Origin: Lingula anatina
Taxonomy: Eukaryota > Animalia > Brachiopoda
DNA: 64,000 nucleotides
NCBI GenBank assembly: GCA_051362555.1
Contig: CM120645.1
Span: forward strand, 23,030,934-23,094,933
Reading direction: 5' to 3'
Both the position numbers and the translations under genes were made by a program. Each line of letters opens with the position of its first letter. Within the stretch, counting starts at the first letter, position 1. This document shows, one piece after another, positions 1 to 13,660 of this stretch. The notes under the pieces are model-generated. The model saw nothing but the letters and a program-made list of their open reading frames with translations, was not told the DNA's origin and searched no databases.

Positions 1-404
1 ATGATAATAATTATTGAATAGATATACTGCGTATTCTATATACTCAGAAGATGAGATAATTGCTACAAAGGTTATTTTTTTTATAGTTTACTTATCATCA
101 ATACTACTTTTTGTTATTACTATTAAAAATAATCTGACAACCCACGAAGAGTTGAATAAATACATAGACATACTGTTGTGATACCACATTCACATAAAAT
201 TAAAACAGATGAAATCAGAAAATTGATAGTTATAAAAAATTACATAAAATCCAAATATACTTCTTAAAAAAGATTTTTTTTTATATGACAGAATATGCAC
301 ACATGCACAGTGCACCCTAAAACAATCTGATATATTAAGGCCTGATATTTTTTATTTCACCCCCATTTTACTATTATCTTTGTGTTTAGTTTTCCCCCTC
401 TTAC

Positions 405-2402
405 CATTTAGAAGAACCCTGCCATCAACACCAGACTTGTTGACAAAGAAATGCTCCTCTTTTTCAAGGATAACAGCTACCCTCCTGTTTTTTTTTTTTC
501 GGCCATCTTTGCTTTGGCGTCCATCTTCACTCTCCCATTCAAGTCCACCAAGGAAGGCACTCCAGCAGCAAGCAGATCCAAAGGGGTTCCCATCTCCATC
601 TAAACAAAATTCCACATGACAAGACTTTAAGTAAGGTAAAGTGACCAGTCTTGCTTTGTTCGTGTAGTCAAATATCTTCTGAATGGCAAGTCAGCAGGAT
701 GGTATTCACGTTTCAGTTCTATGGTGTCCATGATATTTGGACTAGAAATGGCTTCTTTCATAACTGACATATCATATATCTCTGCCGGTATTCTAACTGC
801 AATGCCGAACAATACCTTCAACTTCCAGAAGACCACAGACTCTGTTTAGAATGAACAGGCAAAATCTTGTGATGGGCATGATCGGGATTCTGCAGCACGT
901 TCCCCACAAGTCCCATCATGCATTTCTGGCTGAAGAGCAAGTCGAAGAGACCATCACAGTTTGCCCCCCAGACACAGCATGGCGTTTAATATGGGGAGCA
1001 ATATCTGTGGGTGGCGATATTTATTTCCAGCCTCGTCGAGGGAAGGAGTAGTAGTAGTTCAGAGACTTTGTTCAGGAAACCAGAATGGCTGTAGTCCATG
1101 GCTGCAGAGGTATGCAAGAGTGTGGTGATCACAGTGAAGTCCGCAACTTTACCTGCTCCCTTGACGTCTCCTAGGAAACTGGAAATGACATCATCCATGA
1201 GAGCCTGGTTATAGTATCCCTTTTGTGTTAGGCGGAAAAACCAGGGCTGCTCTTTGGGGCAGCTGAAATTGGCTGGTACATGTCTTGACCATGTCCCCAG
1301 CGTAGGCGAGGAGAGCAATCCGTGAAAGGTAATCCACTTGGGCCACGTTTATTGTTTCTATTACACCTATTAAACATTTAAAAAACAGCTCTTCATCCAT
1401 GGAAGTTGGCTTTGGTCTATCTTCACAGTGTAGCTCCCATTTTCTTTGTAGAAATTCCAACATGGGTACGACCATTTCAACAGCATTTCTTTTCAACAAG
1501 TTCTTAATCAGAATAATATCCTGTACATTTTGTAAATTAATTTCACTCATTTCATTTTTTTCATCCAGAAATATCCTCTTTTCAATAACACCAACAACAT
1601 CCTTCAGCTTGCTCTTTACTTCCTTACTTAAAGGCGACTTCATGGACACACTCAACTGGTTGTGGTAGACAAGAACTTGGCACAGCAGCAATGTGTCAAC
1701 AATATGTAGGCGTGAGTAGGCGGGATCTAATGTAACAGACTGAAGAAAATCTTCAATCTCGCTCTTCATGAACATGTGGTCATATTTCTTGGACAAGAAA
1801 AGCCACAGCTGTGCCTGATGAATCCTTGTGTACAGAGGCCACGAATGCCAAAACAATGCGCAATGATTTTCAAGCTCCATGAGGAAAGGTTTAGAGGCAG
1901 TCTTAGTATTCAATGCCATATACAGAAGATTGTTACAGGCGACGCCACCAAGGTCAGACAAAAGATTGTTGTCCGAAAGTGCCTGGAAGGCACTAGACAT
2001 TCGTTTGTTATCTTCTTGAACACTTTTCCCTCCCCATATCTTTGTCCAGAGTGCCTCTATATATCGATACACTGTCAACCAGCTGAGAGATACTCTTTGA
2101 TTTCTCCTTTCATAATTCTGAATTATTTCCCTCTCTCGTGGCCCATATAAATACTTCTGCTGTTTGTGGGAGGGCAGTTCGGGCTTAAATTCCGGTGTAC
2201 TTTTGCCATTTGTCTTTCTCCTCTGCTGACCAACCAAGTGGCACTGGTTTGTCTCAGCTTGAATGCAGCTGCTGCCCCCTATCCATGCTATGTGTTCTTT
2301 GGTTTGAAAGCCTGATAGCACTTTAGGCAGACGTACATGTTGGGTGAAAATCCCCCTGCATTCAATGACCAGTATGTGGCGGCAGATGAAGGCAAAATAC
2401 AT
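405..2402 (-). pseudogene. FAST kinase domain-containing protein (FASTKD5-like, mitochondrial RNA-binding). The 5' ORF of 397 aa is intact and the 3' part is broken by about 6-8 frameshifts (pseudogene or assembly error). The gene probably continues left of the window.
   Basis: The ATG at 2402 follows an acceptor (TTTCAG|GAAGCTATG). Stitching frames across 1240-405 gives RLTQKGYYNQALMD...LLHTSAAMDYSHSGFLNKV...KYRHPQILLPILNAMLCLG...LFDLLFSQKCM...LFILNRVCGLLEVEG...AIQKIFDYTNKARLVTLPYLKSCHVEFCLDGDGNP...RRVAVILEKEEHFFVN. This resembles the FAST_1/FAST_2/RAP region of FASTKD proteins as recalled. Probable donor AATG|GTAAG at 405/404. Probable 5'UTR exons at ~2889-2750 and ending ~3366. Confidence 0.6.
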
Positions 2403-3365
2403 AGCTTCCTGAAATTACCAGAACAATACATTGCGGTACGCTATACTCCTTCAACCCCCCCCCCCCCCCCAAAAGTCATATCTTAAATCTGTATCCTACA
2501 AAGCTACTATACATATAATCTCTCCTTAATGTATTATCTTAAAAAACAATAAAACCCCTCAAATAAAAGTCTGATATCACTATTATTTTTTTAATGTACA
2601 GGAAGGAATGGGAGTCTTTGAAAGGGGTCACAGGAAAGACCTGAGGGTACACTGAGTAAGAATTGCTTGTATCAAGTGCAGTTCAAATTGTGCATTGCGT
2701 TAATGATTGTCCTTTTGTAATTTCGTGCACCATTCAGGTTACGTCTTACCTGTTTCTACCAGACAAGGTACAGAACTCTCATATCAGATCTTCATGTTCA
2801 CTAATAATTTCCATCATCTGCAGTACAGCCGAGACAACACGTCCAAAAGTTCTCAATTCTGCTGGTTAAGTGGTGCTCGTCTCCAGCCCTGTAAAAGAAA
2901 ACTTGGAGTGAACAGAAAGTTTGTGAATCATGGCATCAGTGGAAGGGTGGGTTGGGGGGGGGGGGGGGGGGGGGGGGGGCTCTGGGAACTTCATGTGTGG
3001 TATGGTGGGGGTCCATAACAGACAGAAATTTATTGCACAACAACTAAGGGCCTTTACATAAGATAAATCATAAATGCTAATAGAAGCAGGATCAATTATA
3101 ATTTCAACATTTTCATTTCTTATTTATTTCCAGGCCCATAATAGCTAGCAATTTCATAAGGGGGGTTCTTTTTCTAAAAAAAAGTGGACCTTTTACCATG
3201 AAACCTTCATGTACCTAGATAACATTTTACCCAGAGGGGCCTTTTCCCAGCAAAAAAGGGGGGGGGGTCTTTCGACCCCCCCCCCACACACACACACACC
3301 GACTGCTGCGCAATTTACTAGAACGTGTAAGGCCAAATACTGACGTGCAGCCTACAAAAATTTAC

Positions 3366-3900
3366 CATGTTATGTCCGACGCAGCGACTTTCTTACTTGC
3401 AGTGGTTATCTGACCTCGACTTTCCTTCTAGACACATTCACCCATCATGAAAGATGCAGTGCACTAAGTACTATCACATGCTTATAAAAGAACACGTTTT
3501 TCGGAAGGGGGGAAGTACACTCTAATTTCCAACACGCGGAGTGAAAACTTGCTATTTATCCTGATTCTTTTCTCATTGTAAGGGTTTTGTTAAAAATTTA
3601 TCAAATTTAATTTTCAATGCTGTTCATTCATAAACTTATAATAAAGATAAAAGATTATTTATTGCTGGTTTATTAGTAAGTTTAGTGTCATTCCTCCTAA
3701 CGCCGGAGGTAGTCCTGATTGTAGACAAACTCAAACCGGAAAAGGCAGCCAAACTAAAACCAAAACAAAGCGAACTGTTGAACCAAATTGAAAGCTACTG
3801 CTGCCAAAACTAAATACTGAGATGGTCTTTATAGATTGGCCATTTTAACTTACCTATACCTGCACCATCGCATAATTTAGAAGAGTGAAACTTGTGAAAG
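3366..3900. promoter_or_regulatory. Putative bidirectional promoter between the FASTKD-like gene (-) and CLN3 (+)
   Basis: Head-to-head first exons (minus-strand donor near 3365, CLN3 ATG at 3901). Local CpG enrichment in an otherwise CpG-poor region, with ETS-like CGGAA motifs at ~3502 and ~3737. Confidence 0.5.
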
Positions 3901-3919
3901 ATGCCCTGTGAATCGGGTG

Positions 3920-3953
<34 letters not shown>

Positions 3954-6900
3954 AGACATTTTTGTAGACTCTACTGCAGTATATCGGATCACACAGGATA
4001 TTTGAGGGTTACTAAACTCTTAAATTTTAATATCTTTTCTAAATTATGTGTTTTTTTTAGCAATGTTTGTGCTATTCGGATGAATTAGTTTGGCAACCCA
4101 GTTACTTATTAATGATTTTTTTTTAACTATTACTCTAATTTATTCTGTTCCATTCAAAAACTATGATAGTTGAGGCCTTCCAGTGTTGAAAATTTGCTGT
4201 AAACTTTTTGGCCAAAGAGCTTGAGGGTTTAATAAAAGAAAATAGAATATAGTTAACTGTTCAATTAATTTATTTTAATAAGACATTGATCCAAGTCAAC
4301 ACATAAATTTGATAAAAATGAGAAAATTAGTAGTTATTGGGGGTTGGGGGGGGGGGGGGGGACTGCATAAGTACCAATTCCCCCCTGATGAAATAAGATA
4401 TAAAAATCAAAACCCTTATTTATTGTAAGTGTAGAACAACTTTTTATGTACAGACACAGATGTGTCTGTACATATAGCCATCATCTGCGTCTGTCGTCGC
4501 CGTCGCTGTCGTCGCTGTCGTCGCCGTCGCCGTCGCCGTGCACTTTTACCGATAACACGATAAGTGGAAAACCATTTTACCTTTTGACTTGAAACTTGCA
4601 GAACTGATGAATATTCATAATACGCAGGTCAAGTTCGAAAATCAGCATGATCGGGTCACTTTTAGGGAATTTATGCTGTTTTTTCACTTTTTTCAGCATA
4701 TATGCAGCACCGATAACACGATAAGTGAAAAACCATTTTACCTTTTGACTTGAAACTTACAGAACTGATGAATATTCATAATACACAAGTCGAGTTCGAA
4801 AATCAGCATGATTGGGCCATTTTTAGGGGAGTTATGCGGTTTTTTCATTTTTTTCAGCATAAATGCAACACCGATAACACGATAAGTGAAAAACCGTTTT
4901 ACCTTTTGGCTTGAAACTTACAGAACTGATGAATATTCTTAATACGCAGGTCAAGTTCGAAAATCAGCATGATCGGGCCATATTTGTGGAAGTTATGCTG
5001 CTTTTTCACTATTTCAGCATATGTGCAACACCGATAACACATTTCAAGGAAAATTAATTGGCCAATCGTCTTGAAATTCACAGGGGTGATCAAATATTCT
5101 AAAATACAGATGAGGTTCGAAAATAAGCTTGATCGGTTCAGTTTTGGTGAAATTGTGCCTTTTTTTGTATATGAGTCTTTTTTCCTCGGATTTAATTCTT
5201 AGGCATGTTAACAATCTCATTTGTGAACTAATTAGTAATGTAAAGGTGTTCTTTTGACATTTTCTGCATCTTAACAATATTGTTAGTTGATTATATAAAA
5301 ATGATGGTAAACCTGTTATTGTGCATTGTGTAATAAAGTGCCAAAAATGGAAATAAACTCATATCTTTACAGTTTGTCAGATTCAATCATTCACCATGTT
5401 CAGAATCTCAGAATGGAACAAATTGGACATTTAAAATTGTTCTATTGATATTTTTCCTATGTCAACAACTTTCTTAGTTGATCATTTAAAAACGACAGTA
5501 AATTGATTATTTTGATATATGTAAAAAAAAGTGTTGAAAGTGGAAAGAAATTCATTTCAGTACAGTTATCTCTTGTGTACATTTTGGCATTTTGAAGTTG
5601 TGACTCTGAACTTCCATGGCCCTGAAGACCTTTCCATATCAAATTTTCTGAATATCCATGATATTTTAATTTTATTATTAAAAATTGATGGTCATTATGC
5701 TGTTATGCATTATGTAATATTGCATCAAAATTTAAGACAACCCCATTTTAGACAATGCCTCCATAGTGACCATTAAAGGAAAACCAAGTCACTTACTCTT
5801 CTCAAACTTATAGAAATGTAGTATAGCACTAAATTATAGCTTCAGTTGGAAAAGCTGTTATATCGGTTAACTTTCTTGGAAATTATATAGTTTTTTGTTA
5901 CAATTAAAATTTTCACATATTAACATTTTCAAGGTGTGACTTAGTCTTTGAACTTCCATTGGCTTGAATACCATTGCTAGTCACATCTTTTGAATAGCAA
6001 TGATACATTTACTTTATTATTAAAAATTGATGGCCATTGTGCTGTTAAGCATTATGTTAAATTGCATAAAAGATGAAAAAAACCCTTTTTTGGAAATCGC
6101 TGCTAGGATGACCATTAAGGAAAAACCATTTTACTTATGATATTCTAACTTACTGAAAAGTTTCATAGGACTGAAGTGTAGCTTGTGTTGGAAATCAGTG
6201 TGATTGTTTTCTGTATTGTAAGCAATGCAGCTGTATGGAGTGCTATATGGGGCTACTGTTTATGGATGGTGGTAATTGTCCCTTGGGATAATCACTAGCT
6301 AAATTCAGAGCTATAAAATTACTTGCCTAATTGATTTTCAAGTGCCCATTAAATAAGATTACATAAAACACACGTTGAGATTTCCCATTCAAGTCCTATA
6401 GGTTAAGCTCTCTTAACTGTGTCACATAATTAGGAATTGGTGATAATTATGCAGGTAAATCTTGTTTAATATTGCAAATAAGTTTACAAAAGAAAAAAAA
6501 AATTGTAATGCCAACATTAATGCTACAGATGAATAACAGTGCCTTATTATCCTCAAACACATTGGGGTTATTCATATCATGTTAATACAGCAAGATTAAA
6601 AGTTTGAATAGCAGCTTTATTGGAATTTTTTTTTTTTTTTGTGTTTTCTTTTTAATTTTTTTCTAAACACTGGCATTTTCAACTCCCATCCACCTGAAGC
6701 TCTTCAGATTTTCTGTATTTCCACATAAGCAGTTGCATAGGTTTTTATGTCTTTAAACATTATGTAATATTATTTTATGCACTGTCAACATTTTTCAAAT
6801 ATTGGGATTTTCATTATGTGAATTTGAACTCTCATAGTCCAGAAACTGTTATCTTATTGCAGGGGTGGATTGAGGCCGCCTTCTGGGTCTTTCAGATGAC

Positions 6901-7991
6901 GTTCAGATTTTAAAGTTTACATTGACTGGTATCAATTTTTTTCTGTTGGAAGACCATCAAAAGTGTAGGATGGATCAACAAAGATACTTTGGAATACTGT
7001 CAGAAAATATCTCTGGATCTGCTCCTGTTATTGACCATGTTATCTGTTGTGCATGATTAAAAATCAGTGTTAACTGACTGTGTTATTATAAGCATTATTT
7101 ATTATTGCATCAAAATTGACAAAATGACCTATTTTGCATCTTTATTTTCTGTTTTTTTGTCTGTACATTTGACAGCTTTGCTGCCTTGTTTAAAAAATCC
7201 CTTCCCAGTGACAAAAACAATATAGGGGAGTATTGGTTTGAAGAGGGTAAAGAGATTACCCCTAATACAGTCAATAACAATGTACAATAACTTAAAAGAA
7301 TTCTAAATGTGAAAATAGTTTCATGGGAGCTCAGTTTTGATAGTCAGACAGTTTTCATTTATGACAGATCCACAAATATTTGATTTACCTGTTAAGAACT
7401 ATCAGACTTAATTTTGTGTCTGTAGCATACATGCACATAATGTAAATTTCATGCATATAAGGGACCAAGTAGGAAGATGGCAATGCATTCACATTGTCAA
7501 AATAAACTTTATTGATTCAGACTCAGAAGAAAACCCTCCTCGACTCCCACCATCAAAATGGACATTGAGAAGGAACCTGGTGGGCTTTTGGCTGTTTGGC
7601 CTGTGCAATAACTATCCCTACGTGATTATGTTGAGTGCTGCGATGACCATTCTTCACGACAATGGGCTGCCATCTGGGGATGTTCAGGTACAGAATGATT
7701 TAATTAATAATAATTGAATAAAAAATGGATTGAGTATTAAATGTGATTTTAAAAAATTGATTGAATAATTTTTTTGTATTGTTTCTGGGGAGTGTTGGCC
7801 TATGTAGCTGCCTTTCTCCTATGAAAAGGCATTGTGTTTATTCATTTTTCCAGTTTAATTTAAATAATAAGATTTGAATTAAATTAAATTTATGAAAATA
7901 GGACATTTGTCTGCTTCTTAAGTGTAAAATATTCATAGTTGTCAAAGAAATCAGTATTCATTCTGGTGACAATTTAACTGCATAGTGAAGT

Positions 7992-8050
<59 letters not shown>

Positions 8051-11000
8051 TATTTATTCATATTTTATACATATATCCCTATTTAAATTCTGTTTCAGAC
8101 TAACACAAGTTCCAATAGTTCAAGACACCTGCACTGTAATCCAATAGGAACAGGGGTGAGTAAAGTCAATATGACACTATGGTCCAGCTGATATTGGTCA
8201 TTATTATATAATTATCATAGAATACTGTCTAAGACCCCATTTCCAGAGATTAGATCGATCTACTTTAGATCGACCTAACTCCCTGGGGATTCAAGCTAAA
8301 TAGCTGTCAGCTGGGCGGACACAAAAGTTAATTACCCCCTTACAGCTTGTAGCTGGATTATCTGACAGTAATCTAGTGAGACTCCCCGCGGGGATAGATC
8401 GATTTAAAAGCTCTGGGAATACAGCCTAATATCTGGGAATATGAGGTCTGACAAAAACAATACTGACCCAAGACACAGTCCGTAGTTTTTGATAAATCAG
8501 AGTGAAGAAAACGCCATTAGTCTATCAATCAAGTGACTGGCCAATCAGAGTTAAGGAAACATAGCATCAATCACTGCACCTCGTTTTCTGTCGCTTTTCT
8601 TAGGTCTGTAATCTATTGACAACAGCTTAATTCAATAATTGTATAACAGGCCTGTAGCCAGGTGGGGGCTTGGGGGGGGGGGGGTTTGAATGAACCCTCT
8701 TCTTTTTGGTAAAAGGTCCCCTCTGGATAAAATTTTATCTAGGTACACAAAGGGTTCATGGTTAAAGGTTTGCTTTTTCAGAAAAAGAACCCCCACTTTT
8801 GAAATTGCTGGCTGTGGGCCTTATCATATTCTCAATCTCAGTATTGGTCACTGATTTTAAAGTTTTTGTCCTTTTTAGGCAGTGCTGCTGGCTGACATTC
8901 TTCCAGTGATTATCATCAAAGCCACCGCTCCTTTCTTCATACATAGAGTACAGTACAAGTAAGTGGAGCACGCTTTTAAGATGAGATTGTTTCCATTGTC
9001 ATTATTTCATCTTCTTTCTTCAAATTGTGTGAGGGTTGTTCTGCAAAATATCTGTGTTGTGACAGAGAGTCCCCCATGATACAGAGTCCGTTTCTCAGTA
9101 ATTTGTACAGGTAAGCCTGGCCCTAGTTTGTGACCCATTCACGTCAGGCTAACCCTAACCTGTATAATTAAATGGAGGGCGGACTCTCTGTTACATGGAC
9201 CCTCAGTTTCATCCCAGTTCTACAAAATGGTGATTGTTCGAGTCATGTCAGTAATGCACACATTTTTTATGCACTATTGTTTTACATCACTTTTTAATTA
9301 CAGATGATTTTTTTCCCATATAAGAGGATAATGATATAAAACAACAAATAAAACGTGGTAAGTCAGAATTATGGAAATATATGTGTGTATACTTACAACT
9401 TGTGTTTTCTATATTACTTTCAGTGTCAGAGTGGCATTGGTAATCTTGTTTGGTGCTGCCAGTTTTCTCACAGTTGCATTTTCTCTTGAAGTATGGCTAT
9501 CTCTTCTGGGTAGGTGCTTGCTGCAGGCCTTACTTGGTTTTGTCATTTAATTAATTTTGTGACTGTGTGTTCAAATATACATCCTGGACTTTAATGCCAG
9601 ACTTAAAACAACAACATTTGAACACAAGTCTGTGCTACTTTATTTCTTTTTACATATATATAGGCACAAGAGCTGTAAGCTGAGTGGTAGCCACTGTACA
9701 TAAAAAAAAACATTTTGGTGTATTCTTATTTTAGATTTTGGTCTACACTGATAAAACAGTAGAAGTCTCTTATAAAAAGAAACAAATGGAATATTTCAGT
9801 AACAATATTTAATTTTAATTTGGACTACTTAGGATTTATCCTGAATTTAACAAAACCAAATCTTTTGATTTTAACACCCACTGACGGTCTAAAATTCTGT
9901 TGTAAATCCATCCTCAGCCGGTGTCATAGGCTACACAATCCTCATTCTATTACCCTAACTCCATTTGTCTACCGCAGGGGTGGTGTTTGCCAGTGTCAGC
10001 GGTGGCTTGGGAGAACTGACTTTCCTGCAGCTGACGACTTTCTATGATGTGTAAGTGAACCCTCTTCAGTCATTTTGCCTGCAGTGCAGCCAAGCAAGTC
10101 TTTATGTTGTAGATATCCTTTTCTTCTTGGCACATTTTTTAAAATGGACTTATTTTGAAATATCTCAAGTTTAGTTTTATTGAAAATGTTTTTTTTTTTT
10201 TTTTTTTTTTGGGGGGGGGATATTTTTAGCAAATATTATAATGTATGTGCAGAAACGATGGCCTTTAAAAGTAATTGAAACACACATGTAGTGCTTAATT
10301 AATTCATTTATTATTATTATTATTATTATTATACAGGCACACAGTGTCAGCGTTTGCCTCAGGGACTGGAGGGGCAGGCTTATTCGGAGCCCTCTCTTAC
10401 GCGGGACTGAGAACTGCCAAGGTGTCGCCCAGGAATTCTATACTCATTATGCTCGTTATACCTGTTGCCATGGCAATAGCTTTTTATATCATTTTGGTCA
10501 AGCCCCCTCAGCTTGGAGGACATTGTTTTGGTGGTAGAGAGTATAGTCTTCTAGCCCCGGGTCAGGAGAGCAGTAGTTATCAGGAATCTGGGAAGACTGG
10601 TGGGTACACTGGGTTCTCACAACTTCTAAAAAATCTGTCATATTTTATTCTCCTCTGCAACCAAAACAAGGAAGAGGTTGTGTGTTTGCCTTTGTTGAAT
10701 TGTTAATTTTTAGCTTAACTTTAAAATATTCAGGATAGGCCCAATATGGGTCAATTGAGAGTCATTTCTGGTGGTGATCCATTAATTATAGCAAAAGTCT
10801 GGCATCTTTGACTGATTTTCTAGCTTAGTAATGCTGCAGAATTTGTGGACAAAGAAAATATGTCTTTGGGACATTTTCAAACTCAGTTAATTTTTATTTA
10901 TTTTTATATAATGTGCACTGAGTGGTTGCTCACATGACTATTTCAGGCAGACAGAAAATTGACATAACTCTTAATTTTGTTGTCTCTTCAGGTGCTGCTA

Positions 11001-13660
11001 TTTCAAGGTACACATTCAAGGAAAAGCTTTTTCTTATAAAGGTAAATCTTGCAGAAACTTAATTACATTTGTGTGAACATTTGGTTAAAGGGCAGGCTGT
11101 ATGTCAGATGGTAATGAGGAAAGCTACAGTACAGTATTTAAATCACTTCATATTGAACTTATCTGAGGACAAGTAATATTTTTTGATCACGTCAAAAAAG
11201 AATATTAATATTTATAACTAGAATATGTTAAATGACTTCAGATAACATTTGATTATTCTGTAGATTTTCCCCACATCCAATTAATGGGGGTGGTTATTTA
11301 TTTTATGTGTAATATGAAGTGATATTATTTTTCCCAGCCCCTGCTCAAGTATATGGTGCCGCTGACATTGGTCTATTTTGCTGAATATTTGATCAACCAG
11401 GGATTGGTGAGTCTGCGGAATTAAAACAAATAAGGTCTTGGGCTTGATGACTAAGCTAAATGTGCTGTAGAATATAAATTTTTGTTGAGATGAAATTTAA
11501 TATTCATAGAGAATAAGTTCATCTGGGTATATAACACATTGTTGTGTAAAAGGTTCCTTTTTTCCATCAGAAATAATTGGCAAGGATGTTAAAATACCTT
11601 TGTGCATAAAAGATTTCAAATGAAAAGTTTTAGAAAATGAAAAAAAAAGAAAAAGAAAAAAAAAGGGGCTTGTCAGCTGCCTGGTGATAATTGGTCATGA
11701 AGTTTAGAATCCTGGCCTGTGTGTTCTATGTTTAAGATGGACTAGGTGACATTTGAAAGTCATCATCTTAGAAACGTAAATATTGTCATAGGTACAAAAT
11801 TAACTGCGTAATGAATTTTGCTACATGTATTTGGTCTGACATGATGATGATAATAATAGTGTACATTCTGTTTTTCAGTATGAATTAGTGAACTTTGAAG
11901 ACATCTGGCTTACTAATGATGAGCAGTATGAGTGGTAAGTGACACATTTTCAAAATTCTCCTCACTGTACAGCTGACATTTTTAGAGAACGATTATTTGT
12001 TACCTTTGGGTTGAAAATAAGAACCAAGGATCTGGTTTCAAAATTGAGATGGAGCCTTCTGGTTGAATAAAAGCACAGAAAGCTCCCTTCTCCCCCATGC
12101 ACCCTAGTTTGATTTTTTTTTTTTTTTTATTATTCACCAAAAGGTATCAGTTAATCTTTTCCACACAAATCAGTTTTATGGATGAATTCTTAAAGATACA
12201 TACAAAGTCAATTTTTTTGTCATAAAAACCAACCAAATGCCAGCATATAGTTTCAGGTAGTATAACTAACAGAATTTCCAAAAGGCACTGTTTAATTTTA
12301 CCCGAAAGTGATGTTTGAACAGATTTTTCTGCTAGCATTCTATGTTGTATGTCAATGGGGCAGAAAAGTAGGTCACAAAAGTAGGTTAAATTGACAACCA
12401 AAAATTTAAAGAAAGGAGCACTCTAAAGCTCTTTTATGGTTGATCAGGTGATTTATTCAGTTTGTCCCTTGGCATGTCGAATTTATTAGAGTCGTAGAAG
12501 AAACTAGTAGAAGTGGTTTACATGTGTTACTGGGAATCCGCGCTCCACCGATGCTCGGTTCGTATGTACCTTTAATGTTTGATCATGAAAAAAAACATCA
12601 AAAGAAGCATCAGTTTTGATATGAACTGATTGCAGCAGGACCAGTACATTAGACTTCATTTTGACCTCTTCCTCAGGTACCAGATGGACTACCAGCTGGG
12701 GGTGTTTATTTCCCGGTCTTCAGGCAGTTTTCTTCCCATTAACAGACTCTGGGTACTCCCCATACTACAGGTAACTGGGAAACTTTTGTCTTATTTCATA
12801 TAAAAATTGCAAACTTTTTTGTCATATTTTATATAAGAATTGCAAACTTTTTGTCATATTTCATAAAAGAATTTCAGCTATACATGATATATGTGACCAA
12901 AACCACAGTTTTATCTTCTGCGTACAGAGACATACATGGTAATTTTATCTTGACGTTCTTCAGTTTGACTGATCTTGTTTCCCACCTTTTATTTTAATTA
13001 CCTGTTTATTTCAGTTTGTAAACCTGGGAGTATTTACCTCAGATGCAATACTTCGTTACATGCCCAGCATCTGGATCATACTGGTGCTAATTTTCTGGGA
13101 GGGACTGTTAGGTGGCGCTGCCTATGTTAATACATTCCGTAAAATCAGAGAAGAGGTGAGCTTTCAGTATCAGACCTTTGCAGAGATGCAAAAGACAATT
13201 TCCTCCTTATGAATGACTTTTTAATTTTTTTGGAAGAGAATGTGTTGATAAATAAAAGTTTATTTTTATATTATGGCTTTTATAAATTTAATTTTGGAAT
13301 TAAATTGTTTATTTTGCCATGTGTTACAGACCAAAAGATGGTGATGCAATTTTTGTATTTCACAAGGCTCTGTACAGAAAATTCAGTTTGCTTTAAAAAT
13401 TAGATGCTGTTTTTATGCGATCTCTGTCAGTTACTCCCAGCATAATTGCTGTACATTTCTGTGACAATTATGAATATTGTGTAATAAAATATATATTGTA
13501 TAATATTATAATATATTGTAACCTATTGCCTATATTTCAGATACCTGCAGACCATCGGGAGTTCAGTCTGGGCGTGGCGTCCCTGGGGGATGCTCTGGGG
13601 ATAGCTGTGGCTGGGATGGTCTCTATTCCACTCCATGTCATACTGTGTGATAATGTGTAG
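3901..13660 (+). CDS. CLN3: Battenin / CLN3 lysosomal membrane protein, 13 coding exons, ~423 aa
   Basis: Exons 3901-3916, 7521-7687, 8099-8155, 8879-8958, 9424-9509, 9978-10050, 10337-10599, 10992-11041, 11338-11406, 11879-11934, 12677-12770, 13015-13155, 13541-13660. All introns are GT-AG and the total is 1272 nt in frame. Hallmark motifs: [103 protein letters not shown]. Confidence 0.95.
4549..5160. repeat. Tandem array of ~161-bp units (3 conserved copies plus 1 degenerate)
   Basis: CCGATAACACG recurs at 4549, 4710, 4871 and 5031. Confidence 0.9.
5580..6195. repeat. Two diverged tandem copies of a ~360-bp unit
   Basis: TTTATTATTAAAAATTGATGG...TGCTGTTA.GCATTATG and GACCATTAAGGAAAA recur at ~5672/6013 and ~5768/6109. 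Confidence 0.65.
8233..8426 (+). mobile_element. PIF/Harbinger (Tourist-like) MITE, copy 1
   Basis: Imperfect TIRs (GACCCCATTTCCAGAG / CTCTGGGAATACAGCC) with a TAA target-site duplication at 8230-8232 and 8427-8429. A closely similar reverse-complement copy lies at 60185-60384. Confidence 0.8.
8647..8821 (+). mobile_element. MITE of the CAGGCCCGTAGCCAG family
   Basis: Ends CAGGCCTGTAGCCAG...TGGCTGTGGGCCT. Related copies at ~3131-3310 (reverse), ~31870-32072 and 54626-54793. Confidence 0.7.
9059..9196 (+). mobile_element. Short interspersed repeat / MITE (GACAGAGAGTCC family)
   Basis: GTGACAGAGAGTCCCC.ATGATA.AGAGTCCG...AAATGGAGGGCGGA is shared with ~61719-61845. Confidence 0.6.

Larger units (their letters stand above)
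4441..7190 (+). mobile_element. Non-autonomous Helentron/HINE-like element in CLN3 intron 1, carrying satellite arrays
   Basis: 5' palindrome TGTACAGACAC-AGAT-GTGTCTGTACA (~4447-4472), then a (GTCGCC)-type microsatellite, then tandem repeats. The 3' end repeats GTCTGTACA followed by a short hairpin GACAGCTTTGCTGCC and Ts (~7159-7190). This layout is typical of DINE/HINE elements. Confidence 0.6.
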
